Shown: piece after piece, positions 45,796-59,667 of the stretch
How positions within the stretch are numbered: position 1 is the first letter of the stretch
How the letters are laid out: each line of letters begins with the position of its first letter
Assembly (NCBI RefSeq): GCF_009914755.1
Contig: NC_060928.1
Strand: one strand, 5' to 3'
Length of the DNA stretch: 64,000 nucleotides
From: the human T2T-CHM13v2.0 reference genome, Homo sapiens
The notes under the pieces: model-generated
Database searches by the model: none
The model's input: the letters and a program-made list of their open reading frames with translations, nothing else
Told to the model about the DNA's origin: nothing
Made by a program: the position numbers and the translations under genes

Positions 45796-47423
45796 AAAGG
45801 GTTTTGGTTTTTTGTTGCTTTTCAACAGAGAAAAAGAAGTTACAACATTAAATGTAGAAGCAACAGAGGCTAGACTAGAAGTGAGCAGAATCAAGGGATA
45901 AAAGACACTAAATAACGCAGAAGTAGTTAAAACATTCAGACTATATTGAGGAAACATATATTACGCAGAAAATAATGATAAACTTTTGGAAGAAGGAAGT
46001 GTGATCAAAGGCAGCTGTAAAAGAAGATTTAATTTATGTGTTTAATTAAAATGCTGCAACCTCAAATCTTCTGTGGCAAACACTGGGAACATTTTTTTAA
46101 ATGACTTCTTCAATTATTAAGAAACTGTGTATTAAAATACAGTTCAATGAGGCCAAGGTTGTAGAAAGGAGGTTCTCACATGGGCTATTTGTCATGAAAG
46201 AAATTCCCTAAGTGGGATGAGGTGGGAATTCAGCACAAGCTATTGTCACTACAGGCAAAATAAGTCTGAAAACAAGCTTCTACATTGTTGAATGTGTAAA
46301 CACTTTATAAGACATTTTCCCATACCTTATTCCATTTTATCTTTGTGAACATTCTATGATCTTAGAGAGGCTGAATTATTACAGCTGTTTCACAGATGAG
46401 GAAATCTGCAGCATGTTTCTGGCTTCTTCACAAATGAAGGATAAAGCATAACAATTTCCCAGTTAAAGAACTAAAGAGAACCCCGACTAGATTAAGGTCA
46501 CGTTACCAAGAGCCAGTGACCAGGCATTCTGCCAGTTTCAGGATCCTGCGAGCTCCCTTCTCTGCTGTTTCTGTGTGAGCAGGTCCATCCCGAAAGGTAT
46601 GTCACAGCATGTTTCAAACAGTCCTGTTCTTCACACTTAAGTTCTGTGGGTCCAAGAAGAAATGATTTTCCTGGCCCTGAGGCTCCTTTTAGAACTGATT
46701 TAGGTAGCGGAAATCTTTGTAAAGTCCAGGATAGAAAAAGTTGAGAATTTTTTTTAGAATTTACATTGTTTGCTTTTCGCCGGGTACGGGGTGACAAGGT
46801 CCTGATGTTCTTAGAACTGGGTGTCTGTATGTATTTGCGTTGTTTCAATAGGTGGCAGCATGTCCTCTTCTTTAAAAGGTATCTTTTTAAAAGGACATAG
46901 TGAAAGCTTCTGTTGGGAAATGAAAAAGTGACAATAAGAGAGGCAAATAGGAAATGTTCCCTGTGACACACGGTACATATATTGCTCATAGTCACAACTC
47001 AAGTCATTTAACAGGTTTTGATCCATCAGTAATAACTTTAGAACAAAAGTTGTATCATGGCACTTCTACTTCAAACTATAATGCCACTTAGGTCTCTCCT
47101 CACTGGGGACTCAGTATATTGGAAAAGTTTTGGGTAAGCAATGTGAAGCACTTTCCCACACGCCATTTTGTCAATGATTCTGTTTCCATTTTGGCCGCAC
47201 CCTTTCGTTGTCTACCTTCTTCAGTGTGAGCAGCTCCAATCTCTCTTCTCCCTTCAGGATGGATTTATTAATCAACAGGTGTAAATATTTTAATTCTATT
47301 CGCAATGGAGTTTCTCCCGAAGGGACCCTCCAAGGAATGTTTTGTTCTCACTGGGTCAAACAAGAAAGGGAGAGGCTTACTAGAAGCTTAGAACCTGACA
47401 ACTGCCCTATGTTCCAATAATAT

Positions 47424-47860
47424 TGAAAGAAGTTAGCCAGCTTGCTTTAGGCAGACAGTAAGGGAAGGGTCCCCTAGAATCTCTGACCCGTCCTACAAGT
47501 GTTTATACCAGATGTTTTGCGCAGATAAGGGAGCTTGCCTAAACATGCCTGCGGTGGAAAATTCCATTCCTTAACACAAGTGCAGTAAGGGAAACAAATC
47601 AATATGGAGCGGCTCAGTCTAAGGGCCCGAATGCGCACTGCAAGGAAGGGGTAGAGCCTCCAGGAATTCATGCCTTAAGCTGGGATATTTAACTGTGAAG
47701 GAGGCAACCGGATTTCAGGACCCCTCTCTTTGCTGAGAGCTTTCCTTTTGCTTAATAAATTCTACTCCGCTCACTCTCTTGGTTCGGTGCACCTAATTTT
47801 TCCTGGTTGTGAGAAAAGAAGCCAGACCTAGCTGAGCTAAGGAGCAAAAATCCTGCATTA
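47424..47860 (+). mobile_element. ERV1 solo LTR, MER61-family
   Basis: TGAAAGAAGTTAGCCAGCTTGCTTTAGGCAGACAGTAAGGGAAGGGTCCCC ... GGAGCAAAAATCCTGCAT; AATAAA; 4-bp TSD ATAT at 47420-47423 / 47861-47864. Confidence 0.75.
47531..47550. promoter_or_regulatory. p53 response element (two half-sites, no spacer)
   Basis: GAGCTTGCCT AAACATGCCT; both halves match RRRCWWGYYY exactly. Confidence 0.75.
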
Positions 47861-48269
47861 ATATAAATATCCCTATCTGGGAGAATTTATTCAGTTTGTG
47901 GCATGGAAGTGATGGCTGCCCTGGGGTAGGGGTTGGTTGGTCAGGAGGAAGTAGCAGGTCCTCTTGGTATGTAGGATGTAGGGTACACATCAGTAGTGTC
48001 ATATTCTCTCACTTGAGCACTCGCTCTTCGTGCTGCAACTGTATTCATCTCCGTAAACTGGACTCCTTTAGGTTAAATGGGCTTAAAGATAAATTGTGAC
48101 CAAAAAAAGAAATAATCTATATAAAATATATATAATAAATATATGTAATTATACATAATTTTACATGAACAAATATATCCTAACTTTCCTGAAACTCCCT
48201 CTATTATGACAATATAATTTATCTTTGCCTTAAGCCCTCCTATTTTAAAAATAAACTTTTTAAAGGAAA

Positions 48270-48705
48270 AAAATGCACTCCACCTGCCCAGATCTCCTTG
48301 GATTCTTTTTATCAGCTCTGTATGCTCATCCCCCAATCTTCTGCATGCTTTGATACCAGCTTGTGTTTGGGACACTCAGAGGATTGCCCTCTCTTTATTA
48401 TGCAATTGGTATGCACTGGAGCAGCCTCTTCAGAATTCTGAAGCTTGGTAGAGGTGAGTGGCTAGTGTGGGAGGACAAAAAGCCCAGCCCCTTTGCCTCC
48501 AAGCACAGCTGACAACTCCGCAGGGTAATTTATGCCCTGAGGATCCCACAGGATCAGGCTGAACCTGGGGAGTCACCTAAAATCATGCCCTGGCTTGGCT
48601 TTCCCCTTCCCTATCCTGCTTTTCTCACTCAATTACTGATTTATCTGGGAGCGTCTCCTTAGTAAATCACAGGCACCTGAATCCTTAACTCATCACCTAC
48701 TTACC
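48270..48705 (+). mobile_element. LTR16-family (ERVL) LTR
   Basis: GCCCAGATCTCC.., CCCAGCCCCTTTGCCTC..GACAACTC, GGATCAGGCTGAA, CCTTAGTAAATCAC..GAATCCT. Confidence 0.55.
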
Positions 48706-48707
48706 TA

Positions 48708-49064
<357 letters not shown>

Positions 49065-49914
49065 TCAGCACTAGTTTTAAAAAAATCTTAAAGTTGTTCT
49101 TGTTGACTGAAGTACCACAACTTAGAATCCTGTGGCAACTTCTGGGCTTTTACCTCACTCTCTTCCCAGTTATCACCTAGCCAATTGTTTTCCCTCTCCA
49201 TAGCCTTCTCCAGCTTCTGCTGTGTGTCATTTATCAGATAGAACTTTTTAAAAAACACTTTTCCATCATTTATTTTCAATTTTTTATTGAAATATAACAT
49301 ACATAGAGAAAAAAATGGTATTAATCATAAGTATACAACTCAACAAATACCATCTTATAGGTCAAGAAATACAACATTACTAGTACCCCAGAAGCACCCG
49401 TTTATACTCTCTCTCAACTTATTGATGTGTTCAATTCCATTATATGATTGTTCCACAGTATTTCATTTTGAGAGAAGGTAGAACTCTTTTAGAGACTCAT
49501 AAATGAACGTATAGATGCTTCGAATTTTCTATTTTTGTAAAGGGGGAGGAGATATAATATGGAAGGGTGTTCGTTGTATGATTGGATATTTTATTTGCCA
49601 GAAGAATTCTAGACAATACAAACCCAGAAGTTTTCTATAGAAAAATATTTTTGCTAAAATTTTAATGATAAGTGGAAGAACGTTTCCATTTTTATCTTTC
49701 AAGTTTCATACTGCTGAAGTCCAGTTTCAAAAATAAAGAAGAGGTGTGGTTACATCTGATAAGAGAATGGGGGAATATTTGCAGAAGATACAAGATAGAT
49801 AATAGGAAGAAGTTATAAGGGAAAAAATCAATAGCACACAAATTGCATAATAAATAGAAGGCAAATTGTGTGTTAGGAATGAAAACGCTGTGGGAGACCT
49901 TCATTGCAGAACCC

Positions 49915-51070
49915 ACCAATTCTTTCTGCAAATATTTAATGAGTTTTTTCAATGTTCAGGACATTGGTCTAATAGCCAGACATACAGCAGTGAATAAAAA
50001 AGACAAAAATTCCTGTCCACATGGAACTTATATTCTAGTGGAAGACAGAGACTATAAACACGTAAATGGTTAAAATATATGTGTCCAGGGTGGTAAGTGC
50101 TATGAAGAAAAATAAAGCAGAGGTATTTGGGCAATTTAAAGTAAGGTGGTAGTGAGGCAAGACCTGGTGGAGAAGATGATATTTGAGTAAAGTCATAAAG
50201 GAGGTGAGGGAATGGGCCACATGGACATTTGGCAGGAGAGCATCCAAACAGAGGAAATAAAAAGTGCAAATGCCTTAGGAGAGAGTGTTCCTGTAATGCT
50301 GGAGAACAGAAAGAGCGCCAATGTGGCTGGAGTCAAGTAAAAAGAGTGAAAACAAGGTTAGAGAGGCTGGAGGTGGAAGAGATGTGACCAAGTAACCCTT
50401 GTAGGACTCAGGTTTTACTCTGAATTATATGGGAAGTGTTGGAAGATTTTGAGCTGAGAGGTGGCATACTCTGATTGGTTTTTAAAGGGACCATTCAAGT
50501 TGTTTTGTTGCAGATAGATTTTGGTGAGGGGCAAGGACAAAAGCAGGAAAACTATTTGGGAAGGTGACCTGGTTTGAATCTGTGTCTGCACCAAATCTCA
50601 TATTGCATTGTAATCCCCAGCTGGGGGTGGGGCCTGGTGGGAGGTAACTGGATCGTGGGGGCGGAGTTCTCATGAATGATTTAGCATCATCCCCCGCTTG
50701 GTACTGTATGCTCCCCCTGCCCGCTCCTCCTGCTCCAGCCATGTGAAGATGCCTGCTTTGGCTTTGCCTTCCACCATGAGTAAAAGCTCCCTGAAGCCTC
50801 CCCAGAAGCAGATGCAGCCATGCTTGTATGGCCTGTGGAGCCATGAGCCAATTAAACCTCTTTTCTTATAAATTACCCAGCCTCAGGCATTTCTTTAAAG
50901 CAATGTGAGAACAGACTAATACAGAAGATATTACAGTCATCTGAGTGAAGGATTATGGTGGCACCAACAAAGTAGAAACTGGAGGTGGTGAGAGAGGATT
51001 TTAGAGATACTTTGAAAACAGAACTGACTGGCTTTGGTGAGAATTTGATTCAGCATGTAAGAGGGAGATG
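49915..51070 (-). mobile_element. L2 fragment interrupted by MSTA
   Basis: CAAATATTTAATGAG..GTGAATAAAAAAGACAAAAATTCCTG..GGAACTTATATTCTAGTGG. Confidence 0.75.
50565..50923 (+). mobile_element. MSTA solo LTR with internal deletion
   Basis: CCAAATCTCAT..GGGGCCTGGTGGGAGG ... AATTAAACCTCTTTTC..GACTAATACA; TSD GAAGG/GAAGA. Confidence 0.85.
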
Positions 51071-51109
51071 TCAAGAAATACATCAATGAATAAATCATGT
51101 GTTTTGTGT

Positions 51110-54100
51110 TTAGTTCAATTTAATTTTGCCAACATTTGTTTTCTACTATATGTTATTTACTGTGTATGAGGCACTGTGCTTGCCTCATATACAGTAATTT
51201 CTCTTTCCATTTCTCTGGAAAGAGAAACTGACATATAAATAAATAAATCTGCATATACTATATTAAGTCTAATAATCAAAGTATGCTCAAGTTCTGAAAG
51301 TGGGAAGGGGTCAACACTGTCACAGAAATACAGTAAGATGGCAATGGAAATCCTTTGAGAAGAATGATGACTAAGTTGAATATTGATGGACATCTGAGTG
51401 TTTTCTTTTTCAGGTTATGTGTATATTTTTTCTTTCTTTTTTTAAATTTTCCTTTAAGTTCCAGGATACATGTGCAGAACGTGCAGTTTTGTTACATAGG
51501 TATATGTGTGCCATGGTGGTTTGCTGCACCTATTGACCTATCCTCTAAGTTCCCTCCCTTTACCCCCCACCCACCAACAGATGCTGGTGTGTGCTGTTCC
51601 CCTCCCTGTGTCCATGTGTTCTCAATGTTCAACTCCCACTTATAATTGAGAACATGTGGTGTTTGGTTTTCTGTTCCTGTGTTAGTTTGCTGAGGATGAT
51701 AGCTTCCAGCTTCATCTATGTCCCTGCAAAAGACATATTCTCATTTCTTTTTATGGCTGCATAGTATTCCATGGTGTATATGCACCACATTTTCTCTATC
51801 CAGTCTATCATTGATGGGCATTTGGGTTGGTTCCATGACTTTGCTATTGTAAATAGCGCTGCAATAAACATATGTGTGCATGTGTCTTTGCAGTAGAATA
51901 ATTTCTATCCCTTTGGGTGTATACCCGGTAATGGGATTGCTGGGTCAAACCTGAGTGTTTTCTAAGCATTACAAGGGGATGGAGGAATAATATTCTAGGG
52001 AGAGGTCACTGCCAGTGTGAAGTTACAGAGGAATGAAACAACATGGTGTGTCTAGGGAACTAGAAGCAGATTGGATTGGCTGGAATGTGAAGTCCAAGGT
52101 GAAGAGAAGCTGGGAGCTGAGTGCAGCATAAGAAAAAAGGACTTACATGCCCTGCTTCAGGCCTGGGCTTTGTTCTAGAGGAGAGCTAGTGAAAGATTTT
52201 AAATAAGGGAAAGTTGTGATAATGCTTACATTTGATCAAATATCACTCCAGCGGCCATGTGGAGGTGGATTGGAGAGAGTAGATGAGATGCTAGAAATCC
52301 AGTTGGAAGGTATTTTAACTATTGCAACAAGAGCTGATAGCCTGAATTAAGGTGATGGCAGAGGTAGTAGAAAAGAAATAATGAATTTAAAATATAGAAA
52401 TAACAAGGCCCAGTTAGTGATCATGGTTATAGTGAGTAAAGGAGAAGGCAGAGTCTGGGAGGCTAGGAGGATGTAGTCCCCTCAATTAAGTTTAGGGAAC
52501 TCTTGAAAAGGAGAAGGTCATGGAAGTGGGGGAAAGTGAAGAGATCAATTTTTAGCATGTTGAGATGAAGAGCCTGGGAGATAAAGAGGACATCTCCAGG
52601 GAGCAGTTGGATATGTGGCCCTGGGAATTAGCAGAGAGGTCTAGCCTTTAGCTATGGATTTAGGGGTCAACAGCATAGAGGGGGTATTTAAAAGAACAGG
52701 AGCACATTTGACTATCGAGGAGGAAGGCTTAAAGTGAAAAGATGACCAGAAACAGAATCGTCAGGAACATCAACTTCTAAGGAGAGGACACAGGAAGGCA
52801 AATCAACAACTGACACTGAGTATGTATGGTCAGAGAGTAAGACCTCAGCCAGACAAAAAGGGGCCTCCAAAGTCATAAGGAAAACGGAGGGGGTTGTTGA
52901 GAGTAGCAAAAACCATGATAAGATCAAGTAAGCTAAGGACTTAGATACATTGTGAATTGGTTATTAGGAGGCCATTGTTGACCAGAAACAGGGCAATTCC
53001 AATGATACAATGACAGTGTGTGAGATGGGTACAAATCAGATTATAGTGGTTTGATTAGTAGATAGGAGGTGAGAGAGTGTCTAGACACATGTATAGACTA
53101 TTCTTTCAATGAGCTTGACTGTGAATATGAAAATTCCTTTCCTGCACACAGGTGAGGCTATGCCCAGGCTGACTGGGGACTGGAGTAGATGGAGGGGTCT
53201 CTTATCCAAAGCTGTGGCAGATGTTGAAAGCAGGTAAATATTCAGAGCTGAATGTGAAGTGGGAAACTGACTCCAGAATGCCAGGAAGTGGAGTTTGAAA
53301 GGACCTCCAAAGGCGAGGGGCTGGAGCCAATGTTTGAAGCTGGATTAGGGCACCGAGGATAAGATAGCCAGCTAGAATGTTTGTAGGCAGCTACTCAAGA
53401 AGAATGAGGAGGGCAGGGGATGGTGTGTGCTGCTTGGCCTGTAGTTCAAGGGACCGATCAGGGATGCTGGTTCTGTGAGGGAGGGAGTAAAACTAATAAA
53501 TTGAGAGAATGGGGAGGGGTTAAGGCCTAGCTTTGGAGTCTCAGGACAGACACAGTAGAAGTAGGGCAGTTTGAGAGCTAAAAAACTAGCAGCTGATGGT
53601 TTTATATTTACATATATAAATCTTTACATAGATTTCTGAGAGAAAGGTGTCCCAGGTGATAAAGTCTGGGACATAGTCATGGCAGTGGACCACAGGATGG
53701 GGTAAAAAGATGCAGGTGCTCAGAACTGAGGAGGCTAAGGTTCTGAGACGCTGCAGTGCTGGTGGAATTTTCCCCGTGGGCACTGAAGTCGCCCAGATGA
53801 TGGCAGACGTTGGATTTGAGAGAAGGAGCATCCTCAGTCCCCACTGAACATGGAGGAGTGGCCAGGAAATGACAATCATTAGTAAGAAGAGGACAGAAAA
53901 GCTAGATAGGATCAACTTGAACGCAGGAGAGAATTTTGCGCAAGAGTGTAGGTGCAGTGGTGGCAGTGGGCATTGGGAAGAATATCTCTAACTCCTCCTG
54001 AATGTGCCATACATTTGGGAGGGCTGCAAAGGAGGTGATATCCTTGAGGCAGAGACAGGATCCATTTCAGTGAGAACAGGTGAGAAGAGAAGATCATCTT

Positions 54101-54230
54101 TACCATGTACATGTAAAAACTATATGCTCCCAGAGACTAAGGATAATCTTTTATTTTCAGTCAGGACTATTGAATTAAGGGTTTCCAGGGAATCACAAAA
54201 GACGGTTGTACTGGGCGGGTAGTATTTAAT
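51110..54230 (-). mobile_element. Long L2 element (~2.5 kb of its own sequence) interrupted by L1PA8
   Basis: Continuous purine-rich antisense L2 motifs from the 3' end (GGCACTGTGCT) into ORF2 relics (GGCAGTGGAC, CACTGAAGTCGCCCAGATGAT). Confidence 0.7.
51407..51950 (-). mobile_element. 5'-truncated L1PA8-like 3' end
   Basis: GGATACATGTGCAGAACGTGCAG..TCCTCTAAGTTCCCTCCC; 13-bp TSD CTGAGTGTTTTCT at 51394-51406 / 51951-51963. Confidence 0.9.
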
Positions 54231-57169
54231 ATGATCAGGTCTTAAATAAGAAGCCATAAACATGAACATTTAAAATCAAATATATAATAAATAATTATTA
54301 AGTTATAAACTACATAGTTCATATTAGCTAAATTCTCAGATGCATATGTAAATACAACAGAGCAATAATATAGAATAATAATGCTACAATTTTATACAAG
54401 TGTTCCAAGAAGACACTTTGAACTAAAATAATAAAGATCATGATTAATTTTCCCTGAACTCTCATGACCTATAATAATGTTTCCTTTTCTCCCCTCCTTC
54501 CTTCCTTCCTTTTTTTTCTTGGAATATGTCCCTTGTTCCTGCAGTGAGTGTTGCTACAAATGTTATTGAAATAATACTGAGCAACTGAACATCAGACTCA
54601 GTAGAAAGTTTTACTCAGAAGTATGATCAGATGTTTCTGTAAGAATACCCAGAACTTTAGATATTCATAGACATTTAAAGCTTTAAAAAAGAAAGAATAG
54701 ACATTAGAGATTAAGTCCAGCACTCTCATTCTACAGATAAAGAAATGGAAACCCAAAGAGTTTAAACAGTGACCACTATTTCATAGTCAACAAAATTTCA
54801 CGTCTCCTGTATTACTGTCCATAGATGAACAGTTATATTTATGGGTTATCTTTATATTCCTTTTAAGAACTGGCCATCTTGAACATAGAGCAGTGAAGAT
54901 GGAGCTGTTCAAGTCTCACTGCTTCATCTTGTTTATTCCAATGCATTGCCTTTCCTGGAGTGCTGGTGGGTTTAACTCTGGTTAAACAGCAGAGTTTATC
55001 TGGGTGTTTAAACTCTGTTTAATGAAGGCTCTTAGCCAAACCCTCACTGAGTTATTTTTACTTTTAAGATAGAGACCCTGATCAAAATAATTGGAACAGA
55101 AATTTTTAACAATAAACATGCCAAAAGAAATACATTATTTTAAATATGAAATACAATATCCAAGAAGTTAATAGCTATACATTCAGAAACAAGAAATACA
55201 GATTCCATCTTTCTCACTATCTTTGTGCCTGCTTCCACATTTTGTCACAACAACCCGGGCTGGCGTATTTGAAACTGAGGCACATTTTAGATATATATTA
55301 TCATCATCAGGCACATAATTCCTTTGTCATACATGTTCTAAAATGTTAAAACAGAGTACCTTGTTTCTGATGATAAATTTTTTTTTCTTTTTTCTGAGTC
55401 TACTTGCTGATGATAAAACATTTCATTGAGATTTGATTAAATAATTCTCAATATATCTTTTAGAACTGTAGGTTAAGTCTGTATTTGTTTTAAGCACATA
55501 ATTTTTCTTCTCAGAGCATAAAGCATTTCTCATCCCACATCCTCTTGCATAATCACAACTATTTTAACAATAAGAGATTCTCAAATAGCTTATACCATTC
55601 TAGCGAACATTTTACTTTTCTAGAGTTTTTAACTTCATGTTTAAACAAGCTGTGCTGGAGTTGATATGAAATGGCAGGTAGAGTAGGTTGCTTGTTTTTA
55701 CTACCCAAGTCTGAAAGATTGGAATGCTTATGCGAAAGTCTGTTTTCAACTTGGACAGGAGTCCTGGCCTCTTGGTTTGTCTCCTGATTTTTAAATTATA
55801 TAGGTGATTGAATTTGTCTTATCCAAAGTATAGTAACTATAAGTGTCCAAAATGTTAAACATGTTGTGAAATTTTGTCAAAGCAGAAGTTTCATTTTAAA
55901 AAGAAGGAAGAAAAGAAACGAAAGAAGAAAGAAGGAGACAAATATTTGGAGTTACTAGCTTGCTCATAATATGATCATTATAACAGTTTGAGAAGAGAGC
56001 TACAATACTTTTAAAACTATGTTTGGTTCCAGAAGACAACCTGGCATATGTCCCTCTATAGGTTTAAATTGCCATTTCCACAAGCTTAAAATGTTAGCTT
56101 ATAAGGGGACTGGGGGCTGGAGGAAGGTAATATTAAATCCACTTCTTAATACTCTATTGCCACTGACTAAGAGTCTATTCCATAAATACATTCATATCTA
56201 TAGTATTTAAATATTTTTATAAACCCCAATAAAGAAGTAAGGCTTTTATAGCCATCTAGTATCCCCCGGTGCATAAATAAATTACATATTTATATGTTAG
56301 ACATTCTGAGATTTAAAAAACTATTCAGATATAAGTTTTTAAACACTCAGTTTTCATTTCCTTAAAAGAATAAAGATGTCAACTTTTCATTTTGCTTTTA
56401 TATATTTTGCTTCTATGCTTCTATATTATCAGCTGGAATGAAGGTATATATGTTTTAAGTTATGATCATAATAGACCTCATTCTGGTGGTAATCAAGCTC
56501 AAGGTTAATATAAAATCAATAGATGTCAAAACTGTATTTTTGGTTAAAAATTTTAGCCTTCTCCTTCAACCAAGAAATGTCAAAGTTGGGCAGTGAGATA
56601 AAGTAAAAACTTCAGAAGTCATAGAAATCAATAACATAGGAAATCAGACTATTGTATAGTGATTATGGGGAAATAATCCTGACTTTGCACACTTATGAGT
56701 TTTTTTTTCCCATCGCTAATATATTGTACTCCTCCACTTGGAATACAAAGAAATGACTTTCACTACTATATTAGAGTATGTAACATAGTGTCCAACTGCA
56801 AGTTAGATCCTCAGGAATCTTCACTTCCGTGTGTTCTAGAGGACAGATGCTGATGAATCATCTGTGGAAATAGTATACCGTGAGTAACTAAGAAGCAAAT
56901 CTGGATAGGTAAAGATAAAGCAGAAAATCAAATGAAACTTAAGGTAGATACCTTTTGGAGAAGTGATTTGAATCTTTCTAGGAATTCTTTGGGTGGTTTT
57001 TTCTCATAAGAATCACATGAAGGGCATGTCTAGAAATCAATGAAAAAGTAACAGTCTTCTTTAAAATTTTTTTCGTAATAAAATGTTTCTTAAAATTTTT
57101 TTTCATTAAAAACATAAATTATGTTCACTGAAAAACATTCGAGAAGTACATAAAACTGTTTGGAAAGTA

Positions 57170-58120
<951 letters not shown>

Positions 58121-58525
58121 CAAGCCATTGCTTGGTAGTTAGCATCTCAATGCCAGTGTGATGTTGTAGTGAGAGCATTTCACTAAAAGATAGTAGATAT
58201 ACGTTCTAATTCTCATTCTGACACTATTTATGGAACTTGGGGCTAGTGACTTAACTCCTTTGTAGATCTCACTTTCCTCATCTATAAGATGAACATGCTT
58301 AACTGGAGAGTTCTAAGTTTAGCTCCAAAGCTACCACTTCATGAGTTTCAAAAATATGTTCAGCTCCTTTCTTTCTGAGGAAAGATTTAGAGGGATATTT
58401 TTCACATGGTCACCAGGCCAAGCAATCAAAAGAAATAAGAATAATTTTGATAATATAATTAAGATTTCATTTGAATCACATGTGGAATGTTTTTGGAGGC
58501 AAAAGAACTAATTTAAAAAATTTGA

Positions 58526-58817
58526 GGCTGGGTGCGATGGCTAACACCTGTAATCCCAGCACTTTGGGAGGCCGAGGCGGGCAGATCACCCGAGGTCAGG
58601 AGTTCGAGACCAGCCTGACCAACATGGTGAAACCCCGGCACTACTAAAAATACAAAAATTAGCCAGGCGTGATGGTGTGCGCCTGTAGTTCCAGCTACTT
58701 GGGAGGCTGAGGCAGGAGAATTGCTTGAACTGGGAGGTGGAAGCTGCAGTGAGCCAAGACCTTGCCACTGCACTCCAGCATGGGCGACAGACTGAGACTC
58801 TGTCTCAAAAAAAAAAA
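58526..58817 (+). mobile_element. AluS (Sx-like)
   Basis: Full dimer with GATCACCCGAGGTCAGGAGTTCGAG. Confidence 0.92.
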
Positions 58818-59340
58818 TTTTTTTTGAGAGTAATTTATTTTATGTATTTTCCCACTGGCTTTAATCTTTGAATTACTCATGTTCTTGGGTATCTGCATTG
58901 CTCATGAGTTGGCATATACAAGAGGATCTCAGGGCTCCTAAAAGCTTGGGACTGTTAAAATTCCCCAGCCAAGTAATGAGGCCTCCCTATTTCAATTCAA
59001 TACTGACTCTGCTGATGTACAGGATAGTAATATGATTTAAGAGAGGAGGCAAAGTTTAAGATTTGCCCTAGTCTTCTTGTAGGCTCTTTTCTTGTTAGAA
59101 AGCTAGGATCTAGCTCCTGTTAATAAGAATACAAGTTATCTGTGACCATATGAGAGGAAATAGTTCTTAACTCCAAAATCACAGTTGGATTCTCTGCCTA
59201 ATGACTTCCTCACCTTGAGAAGCTATATTAACATATTCCAGCTGCCAAGGACTACTAGGAAATTATAATTGGGTTTTTGAATACTTTCAAGTCTGTGGGC
59301 TTAAAAGAGTGACCCTACTTCTTAAAATGCACCACGTATA

Positions 59341-59667
<327 letters not shown>

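Noticed and set aside
46498-46995. 165-aa minus-strand ORF in unique DNA
   Set aside because: Non-ATG start, no recognisable domain, composition like random intronic sequence; ORFs of this length occur by chance in 64 kb.
55367-55417. Repeated CTGATGATAAA resembling snoRNA C/D boxes
   Set aside because: No terminal stem or plausible guide; looks like a local duplication around a T tract.
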